Shown here: positions 47,435 through 59,542 of the stretch, one piece after another | Position numbering within the stretch: the stretch's first letter is position 1 | Layout of the letters: each line of letters starts with the position of its first letter | Translations under genes and position numbers: made by a program | Notes under the pieces: model-generated | What the model saw: only the letters and a program-made list of their open reading frames with translations | What the model was told of the DNA's origin: nothing | The model's database searches: none | Source of the DNA: Candidatus Nomurabacteria bacterium | Lineage (GTDB): Bacteria; Patescibacteriota; Minisyncoccia; Phycocordibacterales; SBAW01 | Direction: 5' to 3' | NCBI GenBank assembly: GCA_943348815.1 | Contig: CALQYT010000002.1 | Span: 37,129-101,128 of the forward strand | Length of the DNA: 64,000 nucleotides

Positions 47435-47667
47435 TAGAAGCTGATTACGCAAAAGCGCTATATGCACTCGGGGATAAGGCATCTATGCCGGCTTTTCTTG
47501 TCACACTTAAGCGTCATCGGCACCAAAAGCTCTTATCAAAAATTTTTTCTGAATATCAAAAACTTATTTTGCAAGGACAACGATTGGCGATGCACAAAAA
47601 AGTAACTCCTGAACAAGAACAAACACGGGTGCTGTTGGAGTTGTATAGAAAACTAACCCATGTCTAA
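47431..47667 (+). CDS. atpH: F0F1 ATP synthase subunit delta, severely shortened (78 aa)
   Basis: In the delta position between atpF and atpA. 'DYAKALYAL' resembles the OSCP N-terminus. Confidence 0.45.
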   Translation: MIEADYAKALYALGDKASMPAFLVTLKRHRHQKLLSKIFSEYQKLILQGQRLAMHKKVTPEQEQTRVLLELYRKLTHV

Positions 47668-49216
47668 TTTTATCGAACAATTTAAAAAAGAAATTGAAGG
47701 CTTTATCCCGACCGAGCGGCCTAAAAATGGCGGCGTAGTGCTGCGCGTGGGTGACGGTGTTGCCGAGATAGAGGGGCTCGAGGGCGCAGCCATGTCGGAG
47801 ATGGTCAAGTTTGAGGTGTCGCACGGCAAACAACTGAAAGATGCAATCCAAACCCGCGATGTGTTTGGCGTGGTACTTAACCTCGAAGAGACCTCGGTAC
47901 GCGTGATTATTTTAGGCGACAGTTCCACGGTAACAGAGGGGATGGGTGTTACCCCGATGGGTCAGGTACTCTCTATCCCGGTCGGTGATGAGTTGCTTGG
48001 TCGTGTGGTGAGCGCACTTGGCGAGCCGCTTGATGGTTTGGGCGCGATTAAATCGACAAAAAAGAATGCAATCGAACGCGAGGCCTATGGTGTGATGGAC
48101 CGCGAGTCGGTAAAGCAGCCTCTGCACACGGGTATTAAAGCGATCGACTCGATGATCCCCATAGGTCGCGGCCAGCGTGAGTTGATTATCGGCGACCGCT
48201 ATACCGGCAAAACGACCGTTGCTATCGACACCATCCTCAACCAAAAAAGCGAGCCGAAAGAAAGCCGCCCTGTTTGTATTTATGTTTCGGTGGGGCAAAA
48301 AGAAAGTAAAACCGCACGTCTGGTGCAACAACTTAAAGAAGCGGGCGCGATGGAGTACACGATTGTGGTTGATGCCGGTGCTTCGGCTCCGGCGGCGCTG
48401 CAATACCTAGCACCATTTGCGGGTGCCGCTATTGGGGAATTCTTTTTGGACAGCGGTCGCGATGCGCTCGTAATTTATGACGACCTTTCTAAACACGCGG
48501 TAGCGTATCGCCAACTCTCGCTCTTGCTGCGCCGCCCCCCGGGCCGCGAGGCATACCCGGGCGACGTGTTTTATCTCCACTCGCGCTTGCTTGAACGTGC
48601 GGCAAAGCTCAATAAAGAAAAAGGGGGTGGATCACTGACGGCTTTGCCGATTATCGAAACGCAGGAAGGCGACGTCTCGGGTTACATCCCAACGAACGTC
48701 ATCTCTATTACGGACGGACAGATCTTTTTGGAGACTGATTTGTTTAACAAAGGTATGCGCCCGGCAATCAACGCCGGTATCTCAGTGTCACGCGTCGGTT
48801 CATCGGCACAAACCAAAGCGATGAAGAAAGTCTCGGGCCGTATCAAACTCGAGTTGGCGCAATTCCGCGAGTTGGAGGCCTTTATGCAGTTTGCACAAGA
48901 CCTTGATGCGGACACTAAAAAGCGCATCGACTCCGGCCAGCGCATGATGGCAATCTTGCGCCAAAAAAACGGCAACCCGTTGTCGTTTGAGAATCAGGCA
49001 ATCGTCATTTATGCCGCGGTTAATGGCTACTTGGCCAAGGTGCCGGTAGCGCGCGTGCCGGAGTATGAAGAAAAGATGCTGCAATTTATTGAGGCAGAGG
49101 CTAAATCTATCCCTGAGTCTATTGCACGCTCTAAAGAGATTGCCACACAGACCGAAGAGGAGTTGAAGGTGATGCTCAAAAAATTTGAAGAGACACATCC
49201 AGATTTATTTCAATAA
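47660..49216 (+). CDS. atpA: F0F1 ATP synthase subunit alpha
   Basis: P-loop 'GDRYTGKTT'. 518 aa. Confidence 0.95.
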   Translation: MSNFIEQFKKEIEGFIPTERPKNGGVVLRVGDGVAEIEGLEGAAMSEMVKFEVSHGKQLKDAIQTRDVFGVVLNLEETSVRVIILGDSSTVTEGMGVTPMGQVLSIPVGDELLGRVVSALGEPLDGLGAIKSTKKNAIEREAYGVMDRESVKQPLHTGIKAIDSMIPIGRGQRELIIGDRYTGKTTVAIDTILNQKSEPKESRPVCIYVSVGQKESKTARLVQQLKEAGAMEYTIVVDAGASAPAALQYLAPFAGAAIGEFFLDSGRDALVIYDDLSKHAVAYRQLSLLLRRPPGREAYPGDVFYLHSRLLERAAKLNKEKGGGSLTALPIIETQEGDVSGYIPTNVISITDGQIFLETDLFNKGMRPAINAGISVSRVGSSAQTKAMKKVSGRIKLELAQFRELEAFMQFAQDLDADTKKRIDSGQRMMAILRQKNGNPLSFENQAIVIYAAVNGYLAKVPVARVPEYEEKMLQFIEAEAKSIPESIARSKEIATQTEEELKVMLKKFEETHPDLFQ

Positions 49217-49219
49217 TCT

Positions 49220-50137
49220 ATGGCACTTAAACAAATAAAATCTAAGATCCTGGCAATGAAAAAGTCGCAAACCGTCACCAAAGCGATGGAGGCGGTCTCG
49301 GCTGCCAAAATGCGCAAAAGCCAACTCAAAGCTCTGAACGGCCGCGCGTACGCTAAAGCGGCCGTTTCTGTCCTCTCCCGAGTATCCGGGAGCCGGCTTT
49401 TTTCGAGTTTGCCGCTCACGACGGAGCGTAGTGTTACTGCCGCACTCTACATTGTGATCACGAGCGACAAAGGTCTCGCCGGGGCACTCAACTCAGGGGT
49501 GTTGCGGACGGCGGTGGCCGACATACAAGCCTCGGGACTTAAGAAAGATGTCGTTTCGATTATTGCGGTAGGCAAGAAAGCAAGTGACTTTTTTGAGCGG
49601 CGCGGTTTTCATGTCGTACATCACGCCAACACCGACCACATTTCCTCCGAGTTTATCGACACGGTGGTCCGGCAGGCGATACAACGCTTTTTGCTCGGGG
49701 CGGTTGACCTCGTGAAGATCGCATACCCCAACTTAATTTCAACGTTTGAACAGCGCCCAACCATGAGGACGATATTGCCGCTTACGCTCGGCGAATTACA
49801 AAAAGTAGTTAGTGATATTGTTCCGGCTCGTGGTGTAGCAACCTCTGCGTTGGTTGAATCCACAAAAAAAGTAGTACAGTCCTATAGTCTTGAGCCTTCA
49901 GAAGAGGAGATATTAGAAATGATATTGCCCAAACTCGTTTCTATTTTTGTATATCACGCACTGCTCGAGTCGCAAGCATCCGAGCACTCGGCGCGTATGG
50001 TGGCGATGAAGTCGGCCTCGGACAAAGCAGGGGAGATGCAAGAAAGTTTGACGCTGAAGTTTAATAAAGTGCGGCAAGCAGCTATTACGCGCGAGGTGAG
50101 CGAAATTACCGGCGGTATGGAAGCAATGGCGAGCTAA
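49220..50137 (+). CDS. atpG: F0F1 ATP synthase subunit gamma
   Basis: 'MALKQIKSKILAMKKSQTVTKAMEAVSAAKMRK' and the C-terminal helix 'ITREVSEITGG'. Confidence 0.9.
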   Translation: MALKQIKSKILAMKKSQTVTKAMEAVSAAKMRKSQLKALNGRAYAKAAVSVLSRVSGSRLFSSLPLTTERSVTAALYIVITSDKGLAGALNSGVLRTAVADIQASGLKKDVVSIIAVGKKASDFFERRGFHVVHHANTDHISSEFIDTVVRQAIQRFLLGAVDLVKIAYPNLISTFEQRPTMRTILPLTLGELQKVVSDIVPARGVATSALVESTKKVVQSYSLEPSEEEILEMILPKLVSIFVYHALLESQASEHSARMVAMKSASDKAGEMQESLTLKFNKVRQAAITREVSEITGGMEAMAS

Positions 50138-50141
50138 CTAA

Positions 50142-51530
<1,389 letters not shown>

Positions 51531-51626
51531 CAAGTATCAAACAAATATAAAAGTATAAAAACTTAAATATTTAAAATTTGTTACTTATTTGTCACTTGAT
51601 ACCTGATACTTGATACTTACAAAATT
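51531..51626. repeat. AT-rich spacer with short direct repeats (AACAAGT x3, GATAC(C)T x3) arranged as an imperfect inverted repeat
   Basis: Seen between atpD and atpC: '...gtaacaagtaacaaataacaagtatcaaacaaat...atttgttacttatttgtcacttgatacctgatacttgatactt'. Confidence 0.4.
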
Positions 51627-51863
51627 ATGCATTTAGTAATCGCCAAAGTAGATGAAGTTTTATTTGAGGGCGAGGCACACTCGCTGACGGTCCCCGGCAC
51701 AGCTGGCGAGATGACCGTGCTCGGCGAGCATATGCCGCTTATTACGACGCTCAAAGCGGGCGAGTTGCGCGTGCATCTAACCGTGCATGATGAACCAAAA
51801 ATATTTCCGGTCGAAAAGGGTGTCCTCGAAGTCCGCCGCGACGGGGCTACGGTGATTTTGTAA
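51627..51863 (+). CDS. atpC: F0F1 ATP synthase subunit epsilon, beta-sandwich domain only (78 aa)
   Basis: 'MHLVIAKVDEVLFEGEAHSLTVPGTAGEMTVLGEHMPLIT'. The C-terminal helical hairpin is absent. Confidence 0.75.
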   Translation: MHLVIAKVDEVLFEGEAHSLTVPGTAGEMTVLGEHMPLITTLKAGELRVHLTVHDEPKIFPVEKGVLEVRRDGATVIL

Positions 51864-51922
51864 ACAAAAACCCACCCAATAGTTTAGAAGGGTAGGTTTG
51901 TAGCTTTAACCGCCTGATGCGG

Positions 51923-52378
51923 TCAGACGTATTCGGCGCGTTCCTGGCGTTCCTTCTCGACCTTGTTGGTCGGCTTGGCCGGTAGGGTGAGGATGGTCGC
52001 TTCCTGACCAGCGAAGAGCGTGGTGAGCAGCACGATGTTACCGTCAGGGAATTCCAACGCATCGTGGTGGCGATCCTTGTGTTGCTGGTCCACCTGGATG
52101 AACGTCGCGACGCGCTCGGTGGCCTTAGGCGGCACGCCGATGATCCGCTTGGTCGCGCTCACCATCGCTTCGATCGGATTGGTGGTGACGGTACGGATCG
52201 CCTTATCGAAGCTCAGCTCAGTGCCGGGTAACACGCAGATAGCCGTAGCGCTGGCAGCCGCACCCTTGTCGTTGGTGGCGCGAAAGCCGTTGGTGCCGGT
52301 CATGAAGTTATGCGTCGTAATCTTGTCACCGACCACTGCGGGACGGGACTTGACACCCTTGAGGCTGTAATCGCACAT
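51923..52378 (-). CDS. Hypothetical protein (152 aa), high-GC
   Basis: Starts 'MCDYSLKGVKSRPAVVGDKITTHNF'. GC content is markedly above neighbouring genes. Confidence 0.4.
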   Translation of the reverse strand: MCDYSLKGVKSRPAVVGDKITTHNFMTGTNGFRATNDKGAAASATAICVLPGTELSFDKAIRTVTTNPIEAMVSATKRIIGVPPKATERVATFIQVDQQHKDRHHDALEFPDGNIVLLTTLFAGQEATILTLPAKPTNKVEKERQERAEYV

Positions 52379-52573
52379 GGGGGTAGCCTTTCCTGTTGAT
52401 TTCAGACTATGGAGACGCGAACTGAGCCCTCCGTACTTAAGGGTACGCTCCTCTTTTAAAAACGCAAGCAAGAAAAAGCTTTTTGGTTTTATATGGATTT
52501 TCTTTACACCCAGAAACGTTTCTGCAATAGTTGATACGGAAGTCGGATTAACCACCAACCCCAGGGGGTAACC

Positions 52574-53392
52574 ATGGGTGTGATGTCGATCTCGGCAGCA
52601 ACCGTCAAACCAACGGCTGCAGTCGAATTCAAGATTGGCTGGGGCGCGGTGGGCGAGCAGTTTGCCACGGCGCTTTTTGAAGTTGAACCTCAGCTACGAG
52701 AGATCATCGAGCGGCAAGAGGTATCGATCGAGCCCCTGAAGAAGGCGTTTGCAATGGTGTTTCAATATACCACTGCGGTGCAGAGCGTACGCTTGGTCGG
52801 CAAGGCGGACTTCAGATCGTCGATGACTGATGAGACTCGAGGCGCGATCCTCAAGGATCAATCGATAGCAGATAACAGGGTTACTTTGCGAGTGATCCTG
52901 CACAAGAACTTCTATGTCGACCTGCGACTGGAACTTTCCCCGCCGGGAGTGCTCGCGCGTTCGGTGGTTCAGATGAATGACGGAGTGCGGGACTATGCCC
53001 CAGAACCTGAAGTAAATGCACTTCTTAAAGCCGATCAGGAGCGTTTTGATCGCCAAACTGAGGCGCTCAAAGATCTGTTGATTGAGTACTCCGCTACAAC
53101 GCTAGAAGACTATGTGCTAGTGGCGCTTGAGGCGTTCCTCAAGTCTGTCCGCGAAAGCAAAGTAAACGGTAAGCGTCGCACCGCTTTCTCTCGGGCACGT
53201 ATTGCTCAGGTGTTGACGCGAAGCTACAAGGAAATCTGTCCGACCGTCACCGCAGGCGAAAAGGCAGCCGAGCAGCTGATTGAGAAAGGGTTGGTACAGT
53301 CGGTGGAACGCAAGCACTCCAAACACACGCCCTCCAACCTGATTACCTTTACCCCGGCCGGCACGCAACGGCTTTTGGAGTTGAGGAAGTAG
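52574..53392 (+). CDS. Hypothetical protein (272 aa), high-GC, with a possible C-terminal winged-helix region
   Basis: Divergent from 51923-52378. Followed by a strong terminator. Confidence 0.4.
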   Translation: MGVMSISAATVKPTAAVEFKIGWGAVGEQFATALFEVEPQLREIIERQEVSIEPLKKAFAMVFQYTTAVQSVRLVGKADFRSSMTDETRGAILKDQSIADNRVTLRVILHKNFYVDLRLELSPPGVLARSVVQMNDGVRDYAPEPEVNALLKADQERFDRQTEALKDLLIEYSATTLEDYVLVALEAFLKSVRESKVNGKRRTAFSRARIAQVLTRSYKEICPTVTAGEKAAEQLIEKGLVQSVERKHSKHTPSNLITFTPAGTQRLLELRK

Positions 53393-53400
53393 TTCGAGAG

Positions 53401-53422
53401 GCAGCACCGTGCTGCCTTTTTT
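53401..53422 (+). terminator. Rho-independent terminator
   Basis: GCAGCACCGTGCTGC followed by CTTTTTT. Confidence 0.65.
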
Positions 53423-53651
53423 GTTTTATAAAAACAGTGGCGGCGCCCATAAATGGACGCCGCTGGGGTAGATAGGGCATTCGAGGCTGCTCCGCACCTT
53501 GGTAAGAAACCCGCAATGGGTTGCCAACTACATGACACGCTCTCCTTGTGTCTAGGCGGTATATTGTACTCTTTATATTTTATTTGTCAAGTTTAGAAAA
53601 TTATGTAAAATAAGGAGGAAAAAAGGGCCCGCCCGACACACTAGAACGGCC

Positions 53652-53933
53652 TTGCAAGACGACATGTACTACGTCTATTTGTTGAAAAGTAGAAAAGATA
53701 AAAAATTGTACACGGGATACACTGACAACTTGCGTCGTCGTCTTGCAGAACATACCTCTGGTAAAAATATTTCTACCCGTTCACGTTTACCTCTCGATTT
53801 GATATATTACGAAGCGTACTTGTCGAAGGCTGACGCGATATCCCGAGAGCAGCGTCTCAAATCGTCACTTGGTGCTCGAACTGCACTTAATCGCAGAATA
53901 GGGGATAGCCTTCGACTAGGCCGTTCAGTGTGA
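53652..53933 (+). CDS. GIY-YIG nuclease family protein (YhbQ/UPF0213-like)
   Basis: 'MYYVYLLKSRKDKKLYTGYTDNLRRRLAEHTSG'. The stop TGA lies 1 nt before tRNA-Ala(GGC). Confidence 0.8.
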   Translation: MQDDMYYVYLLKSRKDKKLYTGYTDNLRRRLAEHTSGKNISTRSRLPLDLIYYEAYLSKADAISREQRLKSSLGARTALNRRIGDSLRLGRSV

Positions 53934-53934
53934 C

Positions 53935-54007
53935 GGGCCCGTAGCTCACTTGGTAGAGCGCTTCCATGGCATGGAAGAGGTAACCGGTTCGATCCCGGTC
54001 GGGTCCA
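53935..54007 (+). tRNA. tRNA-Ala (anticodon GGC), no encoded CCA
   Basis: Acceptor GGGCCCG/CGGGTCC with G3:U70. D-arm TAGCTCACTTGGTAGAGCG. Anticodon loop ATGGCAT. T-loop TTCGATC. Confidence 0.85.
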
Positions 54008-54073
54008 CAAAGTGCCACATTAATAGGTTTTTGTCTTCTTGTTGCTCATAAGGAACCCATTTATAGTGCCTTC

Positions 54074-57000
54074 ATGTATACCCATAAACTAGGGCTCGGG
54101 GGCACTTTTATTATCTCCGCATTCATTGGCTTTAGTTTATTTTTGGCCATTACCGCACACGCGGCAACGGTCTTGCATGTAGACAATACGGTTACTTGCG
54201 ATAACGCAACCGTAGATTCGTCCGTAACTCCTTTTTGTACGATTAGCGCAGCGGTGACTGCCGCAACTGCCGGCGACACGATCCAAGTTGCCGCAGGAAC
54301 GTATAACGAATCAGTGGTCATTGATAAAACCCTCACGCTGCAGGGTGCACAACAGGGTGTTGATGCGCGCACGCGCTCCGCGTCTGAATCTGTAATTAAT
54401 GGCACCAGCCCTATCGCGATCATGGCAGATAACGTCGTGATAGACGGTTTTACCATCCAAGGTTCAGATAGTAGTAGCTTTATCTCCGGTATTTGGGATA
54501 ACCCAAGTTACTCGGGTACTCATGGTGGGTTTCAGATTCTCAATAACATTATCCAAAACAATGTAAGCGGCATAGGAGTAGGCAATGACGGCACTATTCA
54601 AGCGTTAGTGGAGTACAACCTCATAAAAAACAACAATACCGCTGGCCCAGGAAGCGGCAACGGCTTTTCGGCTGCTTTTGAGACGAAAAACGTCGTGATC
54701 AGCTACAACACGTTTGACAACAACCAACTCTACGTAAACGGTTTTGAGTCATCGGGCAGCACCGGGGTACAGAATGTTACCGTTTCGTACAATGAAGTTG
54801 AAAATGTTTCCTCATCGGGCTTCTTCCTTATGGGTGCTTCGGGAATGACGCTCAGTGATAACGATATCCATGACAACGCAGGAAATGGTCTTTCTATGGC
54901 CGGTGCCGTTGATAGCACCACCATCTCAGGTAGTACGTTTAAAAATAATACCGGGTACGGAGTTAAGGTTTCGGACGACTACACGGTAGGAGCCAATAGC
55001 AATATTTCTGTGCAGACGAGCGACATAGAAGCCAATACTCTTGGGGGTCTTTTGGTTGATGTGGGCACTTATACGGGAACGCTCGATGCGTCTCAAAATT
55101 GGTGGGGAGCACTCTCAGGGCCGGCTAATGCAACTACTAACCTCTCTGGCACCGGTAACTCAGTGTCCGATGGGGTAACTTTTAAGCCCTGGTATATCGA
55201 TAGTGGTCTTACCACCCTCAGTAACGCGGCACCGACCATCGACACCTTTACCATCCTCGGTGATGGCACGGTCGATCAGGGCACCAAAACAGTTGCCGTA
55301 ACGGTAGCGTACGGCACCGATGTTACGGCGCTCACACCAACCTTTACCTTTACTGGTTCATCGGTCTCGCCAAACAGTGGTGTGGTAAACAATTTTTCGA
55401 CTCCGCAAATTTATCCGCGTATTCTATCGACGGCACGGTAACCGAGGCTTACACCGTCACGGTCAAGCAAGCACAAGCGATCTCGCCTATTATTTCTGCA
55501 CCGGCGAGCGCCAACTACAAATCGAGTTTTAATGTCGCGGCTATAGCCAACTCAGGCCTGAGTGTTGCTATCACTACGACCGGCGGTTGCTCGGGCAGCG
55601 GCACGGGTGCAGCAGCTATAACCATGACGAGCGGCACGACCGCTTGCGTGGTGCACTACAACCAAGCCGGCAATGCGTCATACGCTGCAGCCACCGAGGT
55701 AACCGAATCAACCACGGCACAAAAGCTCCCCCTTACGGTCACGGGCGTCACCGCAAACGACAAAGTGTATGATGCCGGCATAGTGGCATCACTCAACACC
55801 GGCAGCGCGGTATTGGTAGGCGTTGCAAGTGGTGACACCGTTAACCTCAATGTCGCAAGTGCCGCGGGAGCCTTTGCCAACAAAAACATAGGTTCTAACA
55901 AAACAGTAACGATTACCGGTATTACGACCGATGCAAACGCCAACAATTACTCACTCTCTCAGCCAAGCACAACTGCTTCTATTACTGCCCGCGCACTCAC
56001 TATTACGGCAAACACGGATACCAAAGGATACGACGGCACCACCAACTCGAGTGTCGCGCCGACGATCACCTCGGGAGTTATACAAGGCAGCGACGCGAAT
56101 GGTTTTTCTCAAGCCTTTAGCACCAAAAACGTTGGCACCGGCAAAACCTTGGTCCCGAGCGGTGTCGTCAACGACGGCAACAGCGGCAACAACTACACCT
56201 ACACGTTTGTTAATAACACCACGGGTGTTGTTACGGCCGCGCCGCTTACGTTGACCGCACAAATTAACACCAAGGTGTACGACAGCACCACCAGCGCTGC
56301 AGCGGTGCCTACGATCTCGGGCCTTCAAACAGGCGACAGCGTAACTAGCCTTACTGAAACCTACAACACGGCAAGCGTTGGTACGGGCAAGTCGCTCTTT
56401 GTCTCGACCTACACGGTTAATGACGGCAACAGTGGCAACAACTACAGTGTTTTGTTGATCTCAACCAACTCTGGTGTCATCACGGCGCGGCCGATTACGG
56501 TTACGGCAGATGCGCAGTCTAAAACGTATGGCTCAAGCGACCCCACGTTGACTTACCAAATTACCTCGGGCGCGTTGCAGGGGAGTGATACGATCTCTGG
56601 CTCGTTGACGCGTACTGTGGGTGAGACAGTCGCCAGCTCGCCGTACGCAATTGCGCAGGGTACGCTCAGCGCGGGTAGCAATTACTCGCTCACCTTTGTT
56701 CCTTCGACTCTGACGATCAATAAAAAGGCGTTGACCGTAAGCGGTATCACCGCAAGCAAGGTTTATGACGCAAGTACGGCAGCTACGCTCGTTACCTCGG
56801 GCGCATCATTTACCGGTGTGGTCGGTAGTGATGCAGTCACTCTGGATAGCTCGGCGGTCTCGGCTGCAACTTACGCTGATAAAAATGTCGGTACCGGCAA
56901 AAGCATCTCTTACAGCGGCTCTTTTGCGCTCGGTGGTGCTGATTCGGGCAACTACACGCTGACGCAACCGGCTATTACGGGCACTATCACGCAGAAGGCG

Positions 57001-58599
57001 CTTACGGTTTCGGCAACGGGTATCAATAAAACCTACGATGCTACGACCGCGGCTACCGTCACACTTTCTGACGACAAAATTTCTGGCGACACCGTCACCG
57101 ACAGCTACACAACGGCGACGTTTGACACCAAAAATGTTGGCAGCGGCAAGACCGTAAGCGTTAGCGGTATATCGATCAGTGGCACGGATGCGGGTAACTA
57201 CTCCTTCAACACCACGGCAGCGACGACCGCCACGATCATCCAAAAAGCCCTCACGATAACGGCACAGACCAACACCAAAACGTACGATGCAACCACCGTT
57301 GCCGCAGCAACGCCGTTAGTATCAGGCTTGCAGGGTAGTGACACGGTAACCGGTCTTGCCGAGACGTATGCCAACGCTAATGTCGGCACTAGCAAAACAC
57401 TCTCGGTTTCGGCATACACGGTTAATGACGGCAACAGTGGCAACAACTACGCGGTCTCGAGTGTTAACGACACGACTGGCGTGATCAGCCAAAAAGCTAT
57501 TACCGTAACTGCTACCGACACCAGCAAAGTCTACGGAAGTTCTGATCCTGCGCTGGCTTACACTGCGAGCACACTTTCGGGCAGTGATACTTATAGCGGC
57601 ACCCTTGCACGTGTTGCGGGCGAGACGGTCGGTACCTACGCCATAGGGCAGGGGACGGTAAATGCGGGTAGCAACTACAACATCACCTTTACTGCCGGCA
57701 CGTTTACCATCACGATCGGTCCTAGCAGCTCGGCGGTTGTTTTGACCACCACAACCAATCTTGATGGCACCAAGTCGGGTACGACCCCAACCTCCAGCAA
57801 TACCTCGACCTCGACCCCAACTGAAGGGAAGAACATCACGGTTAGCATCCCGTCTGGTTTGACGGTCACCGGTCCTTCGACCTGGGACGGCTCGATCAAC
57901 TTCCTCCCCGCTGATGTTGGTGCCGTATCGCCAGTGGCGCCATCGGGCAGCTCGGTAGTTGAGCAAGGTTCCATCAATCTTGGGTTTGGCGACAGCACGC
58001 TGACCTTCGACAAAGGAGTACGCATACTCTTTAGTGGTAAAGCAGGCAACCTGGTGGGTTACTCGCACGGCGCGGGTACCTTTACCGAAATAACCGCCGC
58101 ATGTACGGCTGATACACAGGCCGCGGGCGATGCACTCTCCACAGGTGGTGATTGCAAAATGGACGTAGGTTCCGACCTCGTAGTCTGGACCAAACACTTC
58201 TCGGCCTTTACGCTCTACACCTTAAAATCGACAACCTCTTCGTCGGGCGGGGGTGGTAATGGTCCTGTTGCGGGCGGCGGTGGCGGAGGAGGAGGTTCTA
58301 ACTTCTCCACGCCAGCTTCGGTATCTGCAACCTCAAACGGGGGAGGCGAGGTATTGGGTGCAGAAGGATTCAAATTCACCCTCAATCTCTCGCTCGGTAT
58401 GCACAACAGCGATGTGACCGAACTCCAAAAACTACTGATCGCGCAGGGCTTCCTTAAAGTTGCCGCGCCGACGGGATGGTTTGGTCCGCTCACGCAAGCA
58501 GCGGTAAAGAAATATCAAACGGCGCATAAGATCTCTGCTACCGGTTTTGTTGGTCCGCTCACGCGCGCGCAACTCAATCTGGATATCGCCAAGCAATAA
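54074..58599 (+). pseudogene. Giant surface protein (about 1500 aa if joined) split by a frameshift in a T5 run at about 55393-55397. The ORF-track parts are 54074-55441 and 55624-58599.
   Basis: Frame 2 reads '...SPNSGVVNNFSTPQ'. Frame 1 reads '...FDSANLSAYSIDGTVTEAYTVTVKQA...', continuous with the 55624 ORF. Both look coding. The shift sits at 'caatttttcgac'. Domain layout is an N-terminal right-handed beta-helix, then about 9 MBG(YGX)-type repeats ('YDxTTxA'), then a C-terminal peptidoglycan-binding domain. Confidence 0.55.
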
Positions 58600-58626
58600 A
58601 AAAATCTTTGGTGATACACTGAAGGA

Positions 58627-59538
58627 ATGTCAGGGGGCGAATTGCTGCAGCTAAGCATCTATATTTTTCAGCAAGCGGGCATCATGCTCGGCATTGGCGC
58701 GCAGACCGTAATACTCTGTACGCATTTGCTCGTGCTGCACCGCCATGAAAGTGAGTCGACTGAAGTTACGCTCGAGAGCGCCGCACGCACCACGTTGTGG
58801 ATTAGCTTTGCCCTGATTATATTGTCGGGCTTGGGTGCGGTTGCGCTGCATTGGCAGGCGGTGCAGTTGGAAATTTTGCTCGCGCCCGCGTTCTTGTTTA
58901 AGTGGATACTGATCTTGGTACTCTTGTTTGCCCTCGCGCTCGAAAGCACTCTTGGACATTGGAATGATGCCGCGCGCGGTTTTGTGGGGGCAACCTGGTA
59001 TGCACTTTTTGTGATACATACACTCGGGCTTGCGAGTTCGTGGCTAACGCTCGGCATACTGTATGCGGTGTGGCTTGTCTTTTTTGGCCTCGTGTGGAGT
59101 GTGTTTGTGTGGATGTTGCGCCGACACAATGGGGGAGTTATTCCTGAAATTAAAAAAGAAGTTCCAAAGCCTGTTCCTCCGCCCAAGCCCTTGCCCCCTC
59201 CTCCACCTATACCAAAACCTATACCTCCGCCACCTCCGTCCCCACCTCCCAAACCCATTCCTCCCCCCGCACCTTTACCGATGGTAATACCGCCCCCGCC
59301 TCCTCCTAAACCAGTACCACCACCTGCTCCGGTCGTACCTCCACCTCCTGCCTTGCCCGCCGTAGCCTTGGCGAAGGAGGGACCTAAACCTCTGGTCCCT
59401 CAGCCGATAATCGCCACAACGCCTGCACCTACCACTACAGAGCCTGTCCATAACCCCGACGTCCCCGCATTGCGCATCATGCCGCAGAAGCCTGAGGATA
59501 TCGGCAACGCGACACGCCCTCAGGTGGTAAAATCCTAA
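58627..59538 (+). CDS. Polytopic membrane protein with a poly-proline C-terminal tail
   Basis: Five TM helices followed by 'KPVPPPKPLPPPPPIPKPIPPPPPSPPPKPIPPPAPLP...'. Confidence 0.45.
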   Translation: MSGGELLQLSIYIFQQAGIMLGIGAQTVILCTHLLVLHRHESESTEVTLESAARTTLWISFALIILSGLGAVALHWQAVQLEILLAPAFLFKWILILVLLFALALESTLGHWNDAARGFVGATWYALFVIHTLGLASSWLTLGILYAVWLVFFGLVWSVFVWMLRRHNGGVIPEIKKEVPKPVPPPKPLPPPPPIPKPIPPPPPSPPPKPIPPPAPLPMVIPPPPPPKPVPPPAPVVPPPPALPAVALAKEGPKPLVPQPIIATTPAPTTTEPVHNPDVPALRIMPQKPEDIGNATRPQVVKS

Positions 59539-59542
59539 CAGC

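Noticed and set aside
57322-58197. 291-aa minus-strand ORF and other antisense ORFs inside the MBG-repeat gene
   Set aside because: The Arg/Gly-rich translation is typical of the antisense of GC-rich repeats. The plus strand encodes coherent MBG repeats.
59160-59400. Poly-proline coding repeats and the MBG nucleotide repeats (55900-57700), considered as a possible CRISPR or tandem-repeat array
   Set aside because: They are in-frame protein-coding repeats of variable sequence. There is no fixed repeat-spacer periodicity and no cas genes.
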